64,000 bases of DNA from Bacteroidales bacterium UBA4772 (lineage in GTDB: Bacteria > Bacteroidota > Bacteroidia > Bacteroidales > VadinHA17): NCBI GenBank assembly GCA_002403305.1, contig DHHM01000007.1, positions 1,446-65,445 on the forward strand, written 5' to 3'. This document shows positions 19,412 through 27,466 of the stretch, piece after piece (the stretch's first letter is position 1; the number at the start of each line of letters is the position of its first letter). Below the pieces are notes generated by a model. It saw nothing but the letters and a program-made list of their open reading frames with translations. It ran no database searches and was not told where the DNA came from. The translations under genes were made by a program, and so were the position numbers.

Positions 19412-19924
19412 ATGAAAAGAATGGTTTTTACACTTGTTATCGCCGCCCTGGCGGCTTTATTGTACGGACAGAGAGACCCGCTTGATGATTTCTTCAGCAA
19501 CTACTCCGACAGGGAGGGCTACTCCTCTGTAATAATCAACGGCAATATTTTCGGCCTGCTAAAAACCATTGACGATGATCCGGACCTGGAAAAACTTGAC
19601 CGGAAGGTTACCTCGGTCAGGATCGTCAGCAGGAAGGGATCACTCACGGCCGGAGAGCCCGGTTTCCTGTCAGACCTGGGGAGAGTGATGCGGCGCGGAA
19701 GATATGAAGAGCTGATAACCGTGAAAGATCATGATTCGGACCTGCGCTTCATGGTAAAAAGCAGGGGCGACGTGATAACAGAGCTGCTCGTTGTCTCCTC
19801 GGGTGAAAATGAGGCAGTGATACAGGTATGCGGAAAACTCACTCGCGAAGACGTTGAACGCATGTCGGAAGGCAACGGCGATGGCCTTGCCCGTCTTGAG
19901 ATTCTTGAGAATCCGGCAAAATGA
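19412..19924 (+). CDS. DUF4252 domain-containing exported protein
   Basis: Signal peptide; FFSNYSDREGYSSVII, YEELITVKD, ITELLV; paralog of 21082..21603. Confidence 0.8.
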   Translation: MKRMVFTLVIAALAALLYGQRDPLDDFFSNYSDREGYSSVIINGNIFGLLKTIDDDPDLEKLDRKVTSVRIVSRKGSLTAGEPGFLSDLGRVMRRGRYEELITVKDHDSDLRFMVKSRGDVITELLVVSSGENEAVIQVCGKLTREDVERMSEGNGDGLARLEILENPAK

Positions 19925-19932
19925 TAACTTTG
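19925..19932 (+). promoter_or_regulatory. -7 box (TAACTTTG) for ECF sigma gene
   Basis: Exact TAnnTTTG 19 nt upstream of ECF ATG. Confidence 0.55.
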
Positions 19933-19951
19933 GGGCAGACATCAGTAAAGA

Positions 19952-20467
19952 ATGACGCCGGGGGAGTTCAGGGAAAAAATTTTGCCGCAGGGAAGAAGGC
20001 TCTATGCTCTCGCCTGGCGCTTCCTGAACAGCAGGGAGGAGGCCGAGGACGCAGTTCAGGAGGTTATGATGAAACTGTGGGAAGAGAGGGCCACGCTTGA
20101 GAGGCGCGAAAACCTTGAAGCCTGGTGCACCACCGTCACACGCAACTGCTGTATCGACATTTTGAGGAAAAGAAATAGGTTCATGTTTGAGGAGATGGAC
20201 AAAATAGCCGAAATAACGGTGAGAGAGACCGATCCTGCTGCTGCATCCGACAACACCGAGGCTGCAAAGATGATCTCGGTGATTGTCAGCCGCATGAAGG
20301 AGCCCTACAGAAGCGCATTGATCCTCAGAGATATGGAGGGCTATTCCTACGAGGAGACGGCAGAGGCGATGAATACCAATATAAACGCCCTGCGAACAAC
20401 ACTCTCCAGGGCCCGCAGGGTGGTAAGAGAGGAGATGAAGAAAATTTATGACCATGGAACAGGATAA
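19952..20467 (+). CDS. RNA polymerase ECF-type sigma-70 factor
   Basis: Region 2 (LYALAWRFL...EAEDAVQEVMMKLW), region 4 (LRDMEGYSYEETAEAM...RTTLSRAR). Confidence 0.93.
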   Translation: MTPGEFREKILPQGRRLYALAWRFLNSREEAEDAVQEVMMKLWEERATLERRENLEAWCTTVTRNCCIDILRKRNRFMFEEMDKIAEITVRETDPAAASDNTEAAKMISVIVSRMKEPYRSALILRDMEGYSYEETAEAMNTNINALRTTLSRARRVVREEMKKIYDHGTG

Positions 20468-20999
20468 GGTAAGGGAACTGCTGCACAGGTACTACGGGGG
20501 AGTGACCACGGAGAAGGAAGAGGCACAGCTCAGGGAGCTTCTCTCTGATCCTTCACACCTCTCACACTTCCCGGAGGAGAGGCACCTTATCGCCATGAAC
20601 GAGACAGTGCCTGAACCCCCGGACGGTTTCTATGACAGGCTCACGGAGATAACGCACCGGGAGAGGCGCATGAGGCCGGGCAACAGGGTGCTGAGGTATG
20701 CTGTATCAGTGGCGGCAGCAGCGGTGATACTGGCAGCCTCCTGGATGCTGCTTAACCAGTACGGAGCGCAGAAAGACACCTACACCGACCCGGAGATCGC
20801 CATGGCGGAAGTGAAGAGCATCCTCACCGACGTGTCAAGGAAGATGAACACGGGGATGGAGGAGATGAAGCCGATGAGGAAGATCACGGAAGCACCTGAA
20901 GCGGTAGGAGAAATGAGCCGCATTAACAGCATCGTGGAGGATAACCTCTCGAAACTCCGCTACCTCAACAGGCTTGACAACGGAAACGGGAACAACTGA
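20448..20999 (+). CDS. Putative single-pass anti-sigma factor
   Basis: Overlaps ECF stop; LLHRYYGGVTTEKEEAQLR N-terminus, one TM helix, DTYTDPEIA motif. Confidence 0.7.
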   Translation: MTMEQDKVRELLHRYYGGVTTEKEEAQLRELLSDPSHLSHFPEERHLIAMNETVPEPPDGFYDRLTEITHRERRMRPGNRVLRYAVSVAAAAVILAASWMLLNQYGAQKDTYTDPEIAMAEVKSILTDVSRKMNTGMEEMKPMRKITEAPEAVGEMSRINSIVEDNLSKLRYLNRLDNGNGNN

Positions 21000-21081
21000 T
21001 ACTTCCATGACCACAGGATCACAGAATGATTTGAATAGAGAATGCCATGCAAGTATCACTGGAACAATAAGATAGTAACGA

Positions 21082-21603
21082 ATGAAATCCGATATGAAGA
21101 GAATATTGATTTTTATAATAATCGCCGCCTGGTCACTGACAGCCCTCGGTCAGAAGAGCCCGGTTGAGGATCTGTTTGACAGGTACAACGGCAGGGATGG
21201 TTTTACCTCCGTCTATATCTCATCGAAGATGTTCAGCCTTCTGTCGAGGATCGACAGCGACGATAAGGAGTTCCGGGACCTTGTTACCCGGATAAAGGGC
21301 ATCAGAATCCTGTCGATAGACAGTGCATCAAATACCGGCAGAATCAACTTCGCCGGTGAGCTGGTGCCAAAACTCAACCGTTCGGGCTTTGAGGAGCTGA
21401 TGACCGTGAAGGAGCAGCATGACGAGGTGCGGTTCATGATACGTGAGGCGGGCGACAGGATCGCCGAGCTGGTGATGGTCACCGGTGGCGCCGGCAGCTC
21501 GGTGGTATGGATCACCGGCGACCTCGACCTTAAGACTATAGCCAGCCTCTCCGGCACCATGGGCATTGAGGAACTGGAGGAGCTGAAAAAGGTTGAGAAA
21601 TAG
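21082..21603 (+). CDS. DUF4252 domain-containing exported protein
   Basis: Signal peptide; LFDRYNGRDGFTSVYISSKMFSL, FEELMTVKE, ITGDLDLKTI. Confidence 0.85.
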   Translation: MKSDMKRILIFIIIAAWSLTALGQKSPVEDLFDRYNGRDGFTSVYISSKMFSLLSRIDSDDKEFRDLVTRIKGIRILSIDSASNTGRINFAGELVPKLNRSGFEELMTVKEQHDEVRFMIREAGDRIAELVMVTGGAGSSVVWITGDLDLKTIASLSGTMGIEELEELKKVEK

Positions 21604-21833
21604 GCATCTTCAATGCTACGGCACGGCATGGTCTGCAATAACATTACAGGTTATGCAGCCTCATGCAAACAGAGAGGATAGATGCTGGCAGCAAATCATT
21701 GATTCCATGAAGAGCATCAGGAAGATCCGATCCCTGAGCAGTATGCAATATCGGGTCCGTGAACAATCTCCCCCGGCACCACGTTACTCGGATAAATGCA
21801 TCCTCAGAATTGAATAGCAACCATTACAACAGC

Positions 21834-22481
21834 ATGAACACCCCGGAGGAACTCCTCCAGGCATATACCGCCCTCTTTATCTTCCTCGGGGGGTCCGTTT
21901 CAATGAGTCCGGAAGAGAGCGGACTGTCGCACCTGTGTGACAGCGGACTGTTGAGAAACCTGCCGGTTGAGAGCCATAACGCAACCTACCAGAGGGCAAG
22001 CCACCTTCTTCGGTCGCCCTGCCCTTTCAAACAACAGTGCCATCACACTGTCTCCAAAAACTATTACTCACTGCTCGCCGACGACAAGACAGCATATGCC
22101 TACCCTTCTGCCTCCCACTGGAAAATCTCAGGAAAAACTGCCGGAGAGCATCAGGCCATGCCCGGAAAGTTCTATGCACAGTATGGTTTCAGCAGGTCTG
22201 AAGAGTGCGGCCTCGAACCTGATCACCTCGGCATAGAGCTGTTGTTTGTCAACCTGCTTCTTGAGAAATACCTTACTGAGGATGATTCCACGGTGAAAAG
22301 AGTTATCCGGGAAGACCTGCTTGATTTCATCAACGGAGAGATGCTCTCATGGCTGCCACGCTGGGCGGATGGGGTCTCCGGTAAATCTGTCACTAAATGC
22401 TACACAGGCATCGCAGGACTGATAATCGGTGCCCTGGAAGATGTGAGGGATATACTAAGTGATCAGAAGTTGGGGTTGTAA
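21834..22481 (+). CDS. TorD/DmsD family molecular chaperone
   Basis: FYAQYG...EPDHLGIELLF motif, FINGEMLSWLPRW, all-helical pattern; ATG 21834 chosen. Confidence 0.75.
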   Translation: MNTPEELLQAYTALFIFLGGSVSMSPEESGLSHLCDSGLLRNLPVESHNATYQRASHLLRSPCPFKQQCHHTVSKNYYSLLADDKTAYAYPSASHWKISGKTAGEHQAMPGKFYAQYGFSRSEECGLEPDHLGIELLFVNLLLEKYLTEDDSTVKRVIREDLLDFINGEMLSWLPRWADGVSGKSVTKCYTGIAGLIIGALEDVRDILSDQKLGL

Positions 22482-22849
22482 AACCGTTTTATTGCACCCA
22501 TGTAATACTCGTTCCAGCCCGTGGCAATATTGGTATAGTCCTCCACCGGAATGTTTGTATGCTCAACTGTGACAGCAGTATTACCGCCGTTGGCTGCAAT
22601 GGTTATTGTCACCATCGAATCCAGCTCCCTGTCTCCGAAATACCACTCCTGCACCACCTTACGGTCCGGTACAAGATCAACGATTTTGCCGCAGATGTCG
22701 CCGTCCCACATGTTGAACTCCTCTCCGGGAGCGGACGGCATCACGGCCGCGTAGCCCGACCACAGTTCAATGGTGTACGGGTTTGTCAGTGCAGCATAAA
22801 TATCTGAAGGTTCGGCATTGATATGAAAAGTCTTTCTGAAATTTCGCAT
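22463..22849 (-). CDS. SRPBCC/AHSA1 (activator of Hsp90 ATPase 1-like) domain protein
   Basis: IYAALTNP, WDGDICG, VVQEW, GWNEYY. Confidence 0.85.
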   Translation of the reverse strand: MRNFRKTFHINAEPSDIYAALTNPYTIELWSGYAAVMPSAPGEEFNMWDGDICGKIVDLVPDRKVVQEWYFGDRELDSMVTITIAANGGNTAVTVEHTNIPVEDYTNIATGWNEYYMGAIKRFYNPNF

Positions 22850-22886
22850 GGTCAGCGTATGTTTTCCCCTTTAAAATGTTGTTTTA

Positions 22887-23882
22887 TTATCCCTGTTCTG
22901 CAAGATATCTCTCGGCATCGATGGCCGCCCGGCAGCCGCTGCCGGCAGCCGTTACTGCCTGTCTGTAAACGTGATCCATCACGTCGCCGGCGGCAAAGAC
23001 GCCAGGCACCTTCGTCCGTGTAGATCCCGGTTCGGTAATTATGTAGCCTGTCTCGTCAGTGTCAATCCACTCCCTGAAGACCTCTGAATTGGGAGTATGG
23101 CCGATGGCCAGGAAGAAACCGTCGATCTTGATATTGAACTTCTCCTCCTCTGGCGTACCACGGTGGCGCACCACCACTGCACCCTCAACACCCTGTGTGC
23201 CAAAGAGGTCCTCTACCTGGCACTTCCACAGTATCTCGATGTTGGGTGTGTTCATCACCCTGTGCTGCATCACCTTGCTGGCGCGAAGCACATCACGCCT
23301 GACAATCATATATACCTTTCTGCACATCCCCGCGAGATAGGTAGCCTCCTCACAGGCTGTGTCGCCGCCGCCAACGACAGCCACATCCCTGCCCTTGTAG
23401 AAAAATCCGTCACATGTGGCGCAGGCAGAGACACCCATGCCTGCATATTTGGTCTCAGCAGGTATACCCAGGTATTTCGCCGTGGCACCCGTGGCGATGA
23501 TGACCGTGTCAGCCATTACCTCCACACTGCCGTCAAAGGTGACCTTCAGCGGCTTGCCTGAGAAATCGGCAGAGGTGGCAATACCTATCCTTACATCGGT
23601 ACCGAACCTCTTGGCCTGCTTCAGGAAGTCCTCCATCATCTCCGGCCCGGTGACACCGTCAGGATATCCCGGGAAATTTTCAACCTCAGTTGTCGTGGTA
23701 AGCTGTCCGCCCTGCTGCAGACCCGTGTAAAGAACAGGTTTAAGGTTGGCCCTGGCAGCATATATCGCTGCAGTATAACCGGCGGGTCCGGAGCCGACAA
23801 TAAGACATCTTACTTTCTCCGACGAGACAGGAGCCTTCTTTTCTTCCTCACTGCCTGTCTCAAGTGGTTTGAACAGTTGCAT
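22887..23882 (-). CDS. trxB: Thioredoxin-disulfide reductase
   Basis: GSGPAGYTAA, GGQLTTTTEVENFPG, CATCDG, GGGDTA, GDVMDHVYRQAVTAAG. Confidence 0.97.
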   Translation of the reverse strand: MQLFKPLETGSEEEKKAPVSSEKVRCLIVGSGPAGYTAAIYAARANLKPVLYTGLQQGGQLTTTTEVENFPGYPDGVTGPEMMEDFLKQAKRFGTDVRIGIATSADFSGKPLKVTFDGSVEVMADTVIIATGATAKYLGIPAETKYAGMGVSACATCDGFFYKGRDVAVVGGGDTACEEATYLAGMCRKVYMIVRRDVLRASKVMQHRVMNTPNIEILWKCQVEDLFGTQGVEGAVVVRHRGTPEEEKFNIKIDGFFLAIGHTPNSEVFREWIDTDETGYIITEPGSTRTKVPGVFAAGDVMDHVYRQAVTAAGSGCRAAIDAERYLAEQG

Positions 23883-23905
23883 CTGGTATTAGGTCTAAGA
23901 GATGA

Positions 23906-23913
23906 CAAAAATA
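23906..23913 (-). promoter_or_regulatory. -7 box (TATTTTTG) for trxB
   Basis: Exact TAnnTTTG 23 nt upstream of ATG. Confidence 0.6.
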
Positions 23914-23934
23914 GAAATAATATTATACGGTATG

Positions 23935-24729
23935 CTAAAAGGTGATAATTATTTGACTGGGCGAAATTATCGAAACTACTGAATCACTGCTTATTGCGTA
24001 ATGGCTTCCGGCAGGAGACATTCTAATGCACCTGAGAACCTCTGTGGCTGTGCCGGGACTCTCAAAACGAAGTGACGCCCGGGTTCTGCCCTCTCTCTGT
24101 ATCATCAGCGCGCTGTAACCTGTGGCCTCGCCAAAGGTATCCGACAGTTCCGGTATGCCGTTATAAAGACCCAGAGGGCCTCGTACCAGTACGGCACCTC
24201 TCATGGTCTCATCATCAACAGGCTCCTCAAAAAAGAGGGTTGGGTCAAAAGAAGCCTCGGGGATATTGGCGAGGATACCGGTGGCTATCTCATCCGCTGT
24301 CTCCTGATCTTCCTTTGTGCCGGTGTCATTTATTATGCTTACATAGAATGGTCCCTTGCATAACTGCAGCTGATAGGCTGACCGGCAGAGATGTTCCGTC
24401 AGCCTCGGTCCGCCGTTGCAGCGGAAGCGCGATACCGAGAAGATGCCGAATGCAGCCTCCGGATCTTTCATGCGGTAGATCTCGACCTTTATATCCCTTC
24501 CATTGCGCACCAGCTCTGTAACAACCAGTGTGTCAAAACCGTATTCCAGGTAGAGCTCTGCCCCTCCGTTGATGTAACCATAGAGAGACGTCTCGGTGAA
24601 GGTGCGGCTCCGGACCTCCCCGATGCCCTGAACAGCTGCCAGGCCCTGACGTGATTCCGTTGTCTGAGCCAGGGACGAGAGCGAAAAGATTAAGAGTAAA
24701 ATAAGTGAAGATGTTTTTTTGAATCGCAT
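23935..24729 (-). CDS. DUF6599-like exported protein
   Basis: Signal peptide; LYGYINGGAELYLEYGF and EIYRMKDPEAAFGIFS motifs. Confidence 0.7.
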   Translation of the reverse strand: MRFKKTSSLILLLIFSLSSLAQTTESRQGLAAVQGIGEVRSRTFTETSLYGYINGGAELYLEYGFDTLVVTELVRNGRDIKVEIYRMKDPEAAFGIFSVSRFRCNGGPRLTEHLCRSAYQLQLCKGPFYVSIINDTGTKEDQETADEIATGILANIPEASFDPTLFFEEPVDDETMRGAVLVRGPLGLYNGIPELSDTFGEATGYSALMIQREGRTRASLRFESPGTATEVLRCIRMSPAGSHYAISSDSVVSIISPSQIIITF

Positions 24730-24768
24730 CTTTATGAGTCTGTTTTGAATTTTGCCTTATACTTACAG

Positions 24769-25938
24769 TTATACGGTGACCTCCCTGAGTTCGATCTTTG
24801 TCCTGTCAGCCACGCCCAGTCCGAGTTCCTCAGCCTGCAGCATGAATGCAAGTGCCCTCTCCGTGCCCTCCTTCTGCAATCCTTCAGCTATTCTCTTTGC
24901 CAGCACGATGTCATAACCGATCCTGTCCACCGCCACCGCATCACTGCCCGCGATTATGGTGTGATAGTCGCAGAAGAACTGCGGGTTGGCCCCGGGGCCG
25001 CCGTTAAAGCATCCTTTGATGCCGTCTGCAATATTCAGCACCACCTTGTCGCGCAGCGGGGCAAAGGCGCACACCTGTGCACAGGTTTCATTCCAGAGCT
25101 TGGCATGCAGTCTTCCTGTGTTTGACACTGAGCCGAATGCCAGGTTCTTTAGTGCCAGTGTCACCGTGGCACCGGCATTCTTCAGTATGGGTATATTGAT
25201 GATTTTGTCAAGTTCCCGTGTGACAATCTTTGTGAAATAGGAATATTTGCCACCGTTGACCATGTAGGGCATCGTATATTCGTCATACTCACCCTCCACG
25301 TCTGCCCAGTAGTACCATTCGCGATCAATCATATGCTCTCCGTAGAGCTTGCCGTCCTTGCCGTAATAGAGCCCGTCCTTGTCCATCTGTTCCGTACCGA
25401 CGATGCGGATCCCGGGATAATTCTCCGCTGTGAAGCCGACATCCGTCAGTTCAAACTCACGGCGGTCCCAAATTGTCAGCTGAGATCTTTTTATACCGCT
25501 CTCCTCAAGCTGAGCTATCACCGATCTCACCACCTCATGGCTGGTGCTCAGACTTTTGCCTGCAACAGGATTCACTTTCAGACCTATTCTCTCGCCCGGT
25601 GACATAAATCTCCGCCACGCCTTTTTCAGCTTCTTCTCGCCTGTCAGCTCAAGCATAGAGCGGGCTATCATGTCATATACCTCCTGTTCGACGATGGCAT
25701 TGTCCTGTACCGACCTGCTGTTCCTTACCAGTGCCACTCTTCCCGGGAATAGTCCCGGCATGGAACTCTCATTGTGCGGCACCTTCAGTGCGTCGGCAAT
25801 GTTGGTGTCAGGCTTGTCCTGTAGGGTGGGCTCATATGCTGATGCCGGGCTCAATGCCTGTGCCACGGGGGCAGCGGCAGCAGCAGCGGCTCCTGCGCCT
25901 GCAATGCGGAGGAAGTTCCGGCGGTTGACCTGGTTCAT
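24769..25938 (-). CDS. DUF362 domain protein with twin-arginine (Tat) signal
   Basis: NRRNFL Tat motif; GERIGLKVNP, INIPILK, VTLALKNLAFG, DAVAVD, LGLG. Confidence 0.8.
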   Translation of the reverse strand: MNQVNRRNFLRIAGAGAAAAAAAPVAQALSPASAYEPTLQDKPDTNIADALKVPHNESSMPGLFPGRVALVRNSRSVQDNAIVEQEVYDMIARSMLELTGEKKLKKAWRRFMSPGERIGLKVNPVAGKSLSTSHEVVRSVIAQLEESGIKRSQLTIWDRREFELTDVGFTAENYPGIRIVGTEQMDKDGLYYGKDGKLYGEHMIDREWYYWADVEGEYDEYTMPYMVNGGKYSYFTKIVTRELDKIINIPILKNAGATVTLALKNLAFGSVSNTGRLHAKLWNETCAQVCAFAPLRDKVVLNIADGIKGCFNGGPGANPQFFCDYHTIIAGSDAVAVDRIGYDIVLAKRIAEGLQKEGTERALAFMLQAEELGLGVADRTKIELREVTV

Positions 25939-25976
25939 TTTATGCGCGTTTTTGATGTTGTCTTTCCTGATGAACG

Positions 25977-25984
25977 CAAATATA
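25977..25984 (-). promoter_or_regulatory. -7 box (TATATTTG) for DUF362-DUF6599 pair
   Basis: Exact TAnnTTTG 38 nt upstream of ATG. Confidence 0.55.
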
Positions 25985-26045
25985 AGTAAAATGAAATGTT
26001 GCCCCCCACCCGCACAATATGTTCCTCAGTTGCCTGCTGCTTTTT

Positions 26046-26076
26046 TTTGCATAATCGGAATAGTTGACTAATTTTG
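26046..26076 (+). promoter_or_regulatory. -33/-7 promoter (TTTG-N19-TAATTTTG) for tRNA-Pro
   Basis: Both Bacteroidota consensus boxes at canonical spacing, 15 nt before the tRNA. Confidence 0.7.
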
Positions 26077-26091
26077 CACCGCTTTACATCA

Positions 26092-26166
26092 CGGGATGTA
26101 GCTCAGCCCGGTTAGAGTACTTGTCTGGGGGGCAAGGGGCCCCGGGTTCAAATCCCGGCATCCCGA
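26092..26166 (+). tRNA. tRNA-Pro (anticodon GGG), CCA not encoded
   Basis: Acceptor CGGGATG/CATCCCG, D-arm TAGCTCAG, anticodon arm CTTGT-CTGGGGG-GCAAG, T-loop GGTTCAAATCC. Confidence 0.95.
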
Positions 26167-26177
26167 CTGAGCAGCAA

Positions 26178-26214
26178 GCTCCTTCGCCAATTGGCGGAGG
26201 AGTTTTTGTTTTTT
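26178..26214 (+). terminator. Rho-independent terminator after tRNA-Pro
   Basis: GCTCCTTCGCC-aatt-GGCGGAGGAGT followed by T-rich tract. Confidence 0.8.
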
Positions 26215-26449
26215 AGGATCGACGAATAAGCTTACTGATGAGGAGAACATGAAAAACAAAAACCATGTCAGACGAAGGCTGACATGAGCTTGTTGCTCAG
26301 GATGATCACTAAAAAGGGATCGCGCGAGCCGCCGGAAGGCGGAAAGCGCAATCCCGCTTTGATGCTGGCTTTGCTGACCAGCAGGTTCACCCAAAGGGGA
26401 TCGCGCAATCCCGGTTTCCTTATGAAATAAAAACAGTAACTTTACATCT

Positions 26450-26632
26450 ATGAAAAAACTGCTGGTGCTTCTGCTGATGTCATTGCTGCTGGCGGCATGC
26501 AACAGGGCTGTCTGCCCTGCATACAGCGACTATGCCAACGACATGAGGAACAGCTTCTTTCAGAAGGGTAACCACAGGGCCGACGGCATCAACAGGGTGT
26601 ACCGCGACACCGCCCAGAAGAAACTGAGGTGA
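26450..26632 (+). CDS. Small lipoprotein (60 aa) with CPAY motif
   Basis: MKKLLVLLLMSLLLAAC lipoprotein signal, then NRAVCPAYS. Confidence 0.75.
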   Translation: MKKLLVLLLMSLLLAACNRAVCPAYSDYANDMRNSFFQKGNHRADGINRVYRDTAQKKLR

Positions 26633-26805
26633 GATCCGCCGGAAACTGTTGATCTGGAATACCACAGATGCAGATCCGGCTCCGGCCCCGAACCATGATT
26701 TTACTGCCTGAAAGGCATACGGAAACCCCGGTGCAGATCCCTTCCCGGCCCCGAACTTAAACTTTCCGTCCACCCCGGCTTAGGCATTCTCAGTTGGGCA
26801 GATGA

Positions 26806-27201
26806 TCAATACCAGCTCTGCACCAACACCTTCCTGTCGTTCTGATATTCACTGATACGGTAGAACACCGAGGAGTCATTCTCAATCTGGTATATCCAGT
26901 AACCGTAGATCCCGGGGGTGACATACTTCCTTCTCAGATAAAGCCTGTCGCCGGGATTGAACTCACACTCCCTGCTGTAGGCTGATACCTTGCCGAAGGT
27001 GGTATCCTGCGTGGTCTTTATCCATATCAGATGGGGGTCCCCGAACCTTCCCGGGGCAGTGTGACGGTAATCCTCGAATTCACCTATATACCTCCTGGTG
27101 ACATAAAGCCTGTCCTCAACTATCTCTGACGTCGACTTGTTTGAGGTGGTACATGAGATGACCGCGCTCATGACAAACAATAATAATATCAGTTTCTTCA
27201 T
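26806..27201 (-). CDS. Hypothetical lipoprotein (131 aa, beta-rich)
   Basis: MKKLILLLFVMSAVISC lipobox; AT-rich leader. Confidence 0.75.
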   Translation of the reverse strand: MKKLILLLFVMSAVISCTTSNKSTSEIVEDRLYVTRRYIGEFEDYRHTAPGRFGDPHLIWIKTTQDTTFGKVSAYSRECEFNPGDRLYLRRKYVTPGIYGYWIYQIENDSSVFYRISEYQNDRKVLVQSWY

Positions 27202-27282
27202 CTCTGTTAATTTATTAATGAACCGGCCCGTGCAACAGCCTGTTACCAGACTGCCGACACTAACCTGAATGCGTCTCCTGAT

Positions 27283-27417
27283 TTACCCGGCAAAAAAGAT
27301 GTACTTGTAGCTTACGCCCTGCTCGCTCAGCCAGAGACGAAGCGCCTTGGCTATCTTCCTTCGCTTCAGAAGAACCTTCCCGGTTGCTTCTGATGAAATT
27401 TCATAATAGGTCCTCAT
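27283..27417 (-). CDS. Small basic hypothetical protein (44 aa; below ORF-track cutoff)
   Basis: MRTYYEISSEATGKVLLKRRKIAKALRLWLSEQGVSYKYIFFAG; preceded by AAAAAGGAGATAGG; fills gap co-directionally. Confidence 0.6.
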   Translation of the reverse strand: MRTYYEISSEATGKVLLKRRKIAKALRLWLSEQGVSYKYIFFAG

Positions 27418-27466
27418 CCTATCTCCTTTTTAAATATATTAATGTTATCCTGTTTTCAGTTTTCGG

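Noticed and set aside
26235-26278. CTGATGAG...CGAA resembling a hammerhead ribozyme core
   Set aside because: Core reads CGAAG rather than GAAA, stem II does not close next to the core, and I could not build stems I and III
26241-26287. AGGAG-led 12-codon ORF MKNKNHVRRRLT as a leader peptide
   Set aside because: No biosynthetic operon downstream and no clear attenuator; too short to support
27226-27249. Sigma-54-like TGGTAACAGGCTGTTGCA upstream of the 131-aa lipoprotein
   Set aside because: GG-to-GC spacing is 12, incompatible with -24/-12 geometry
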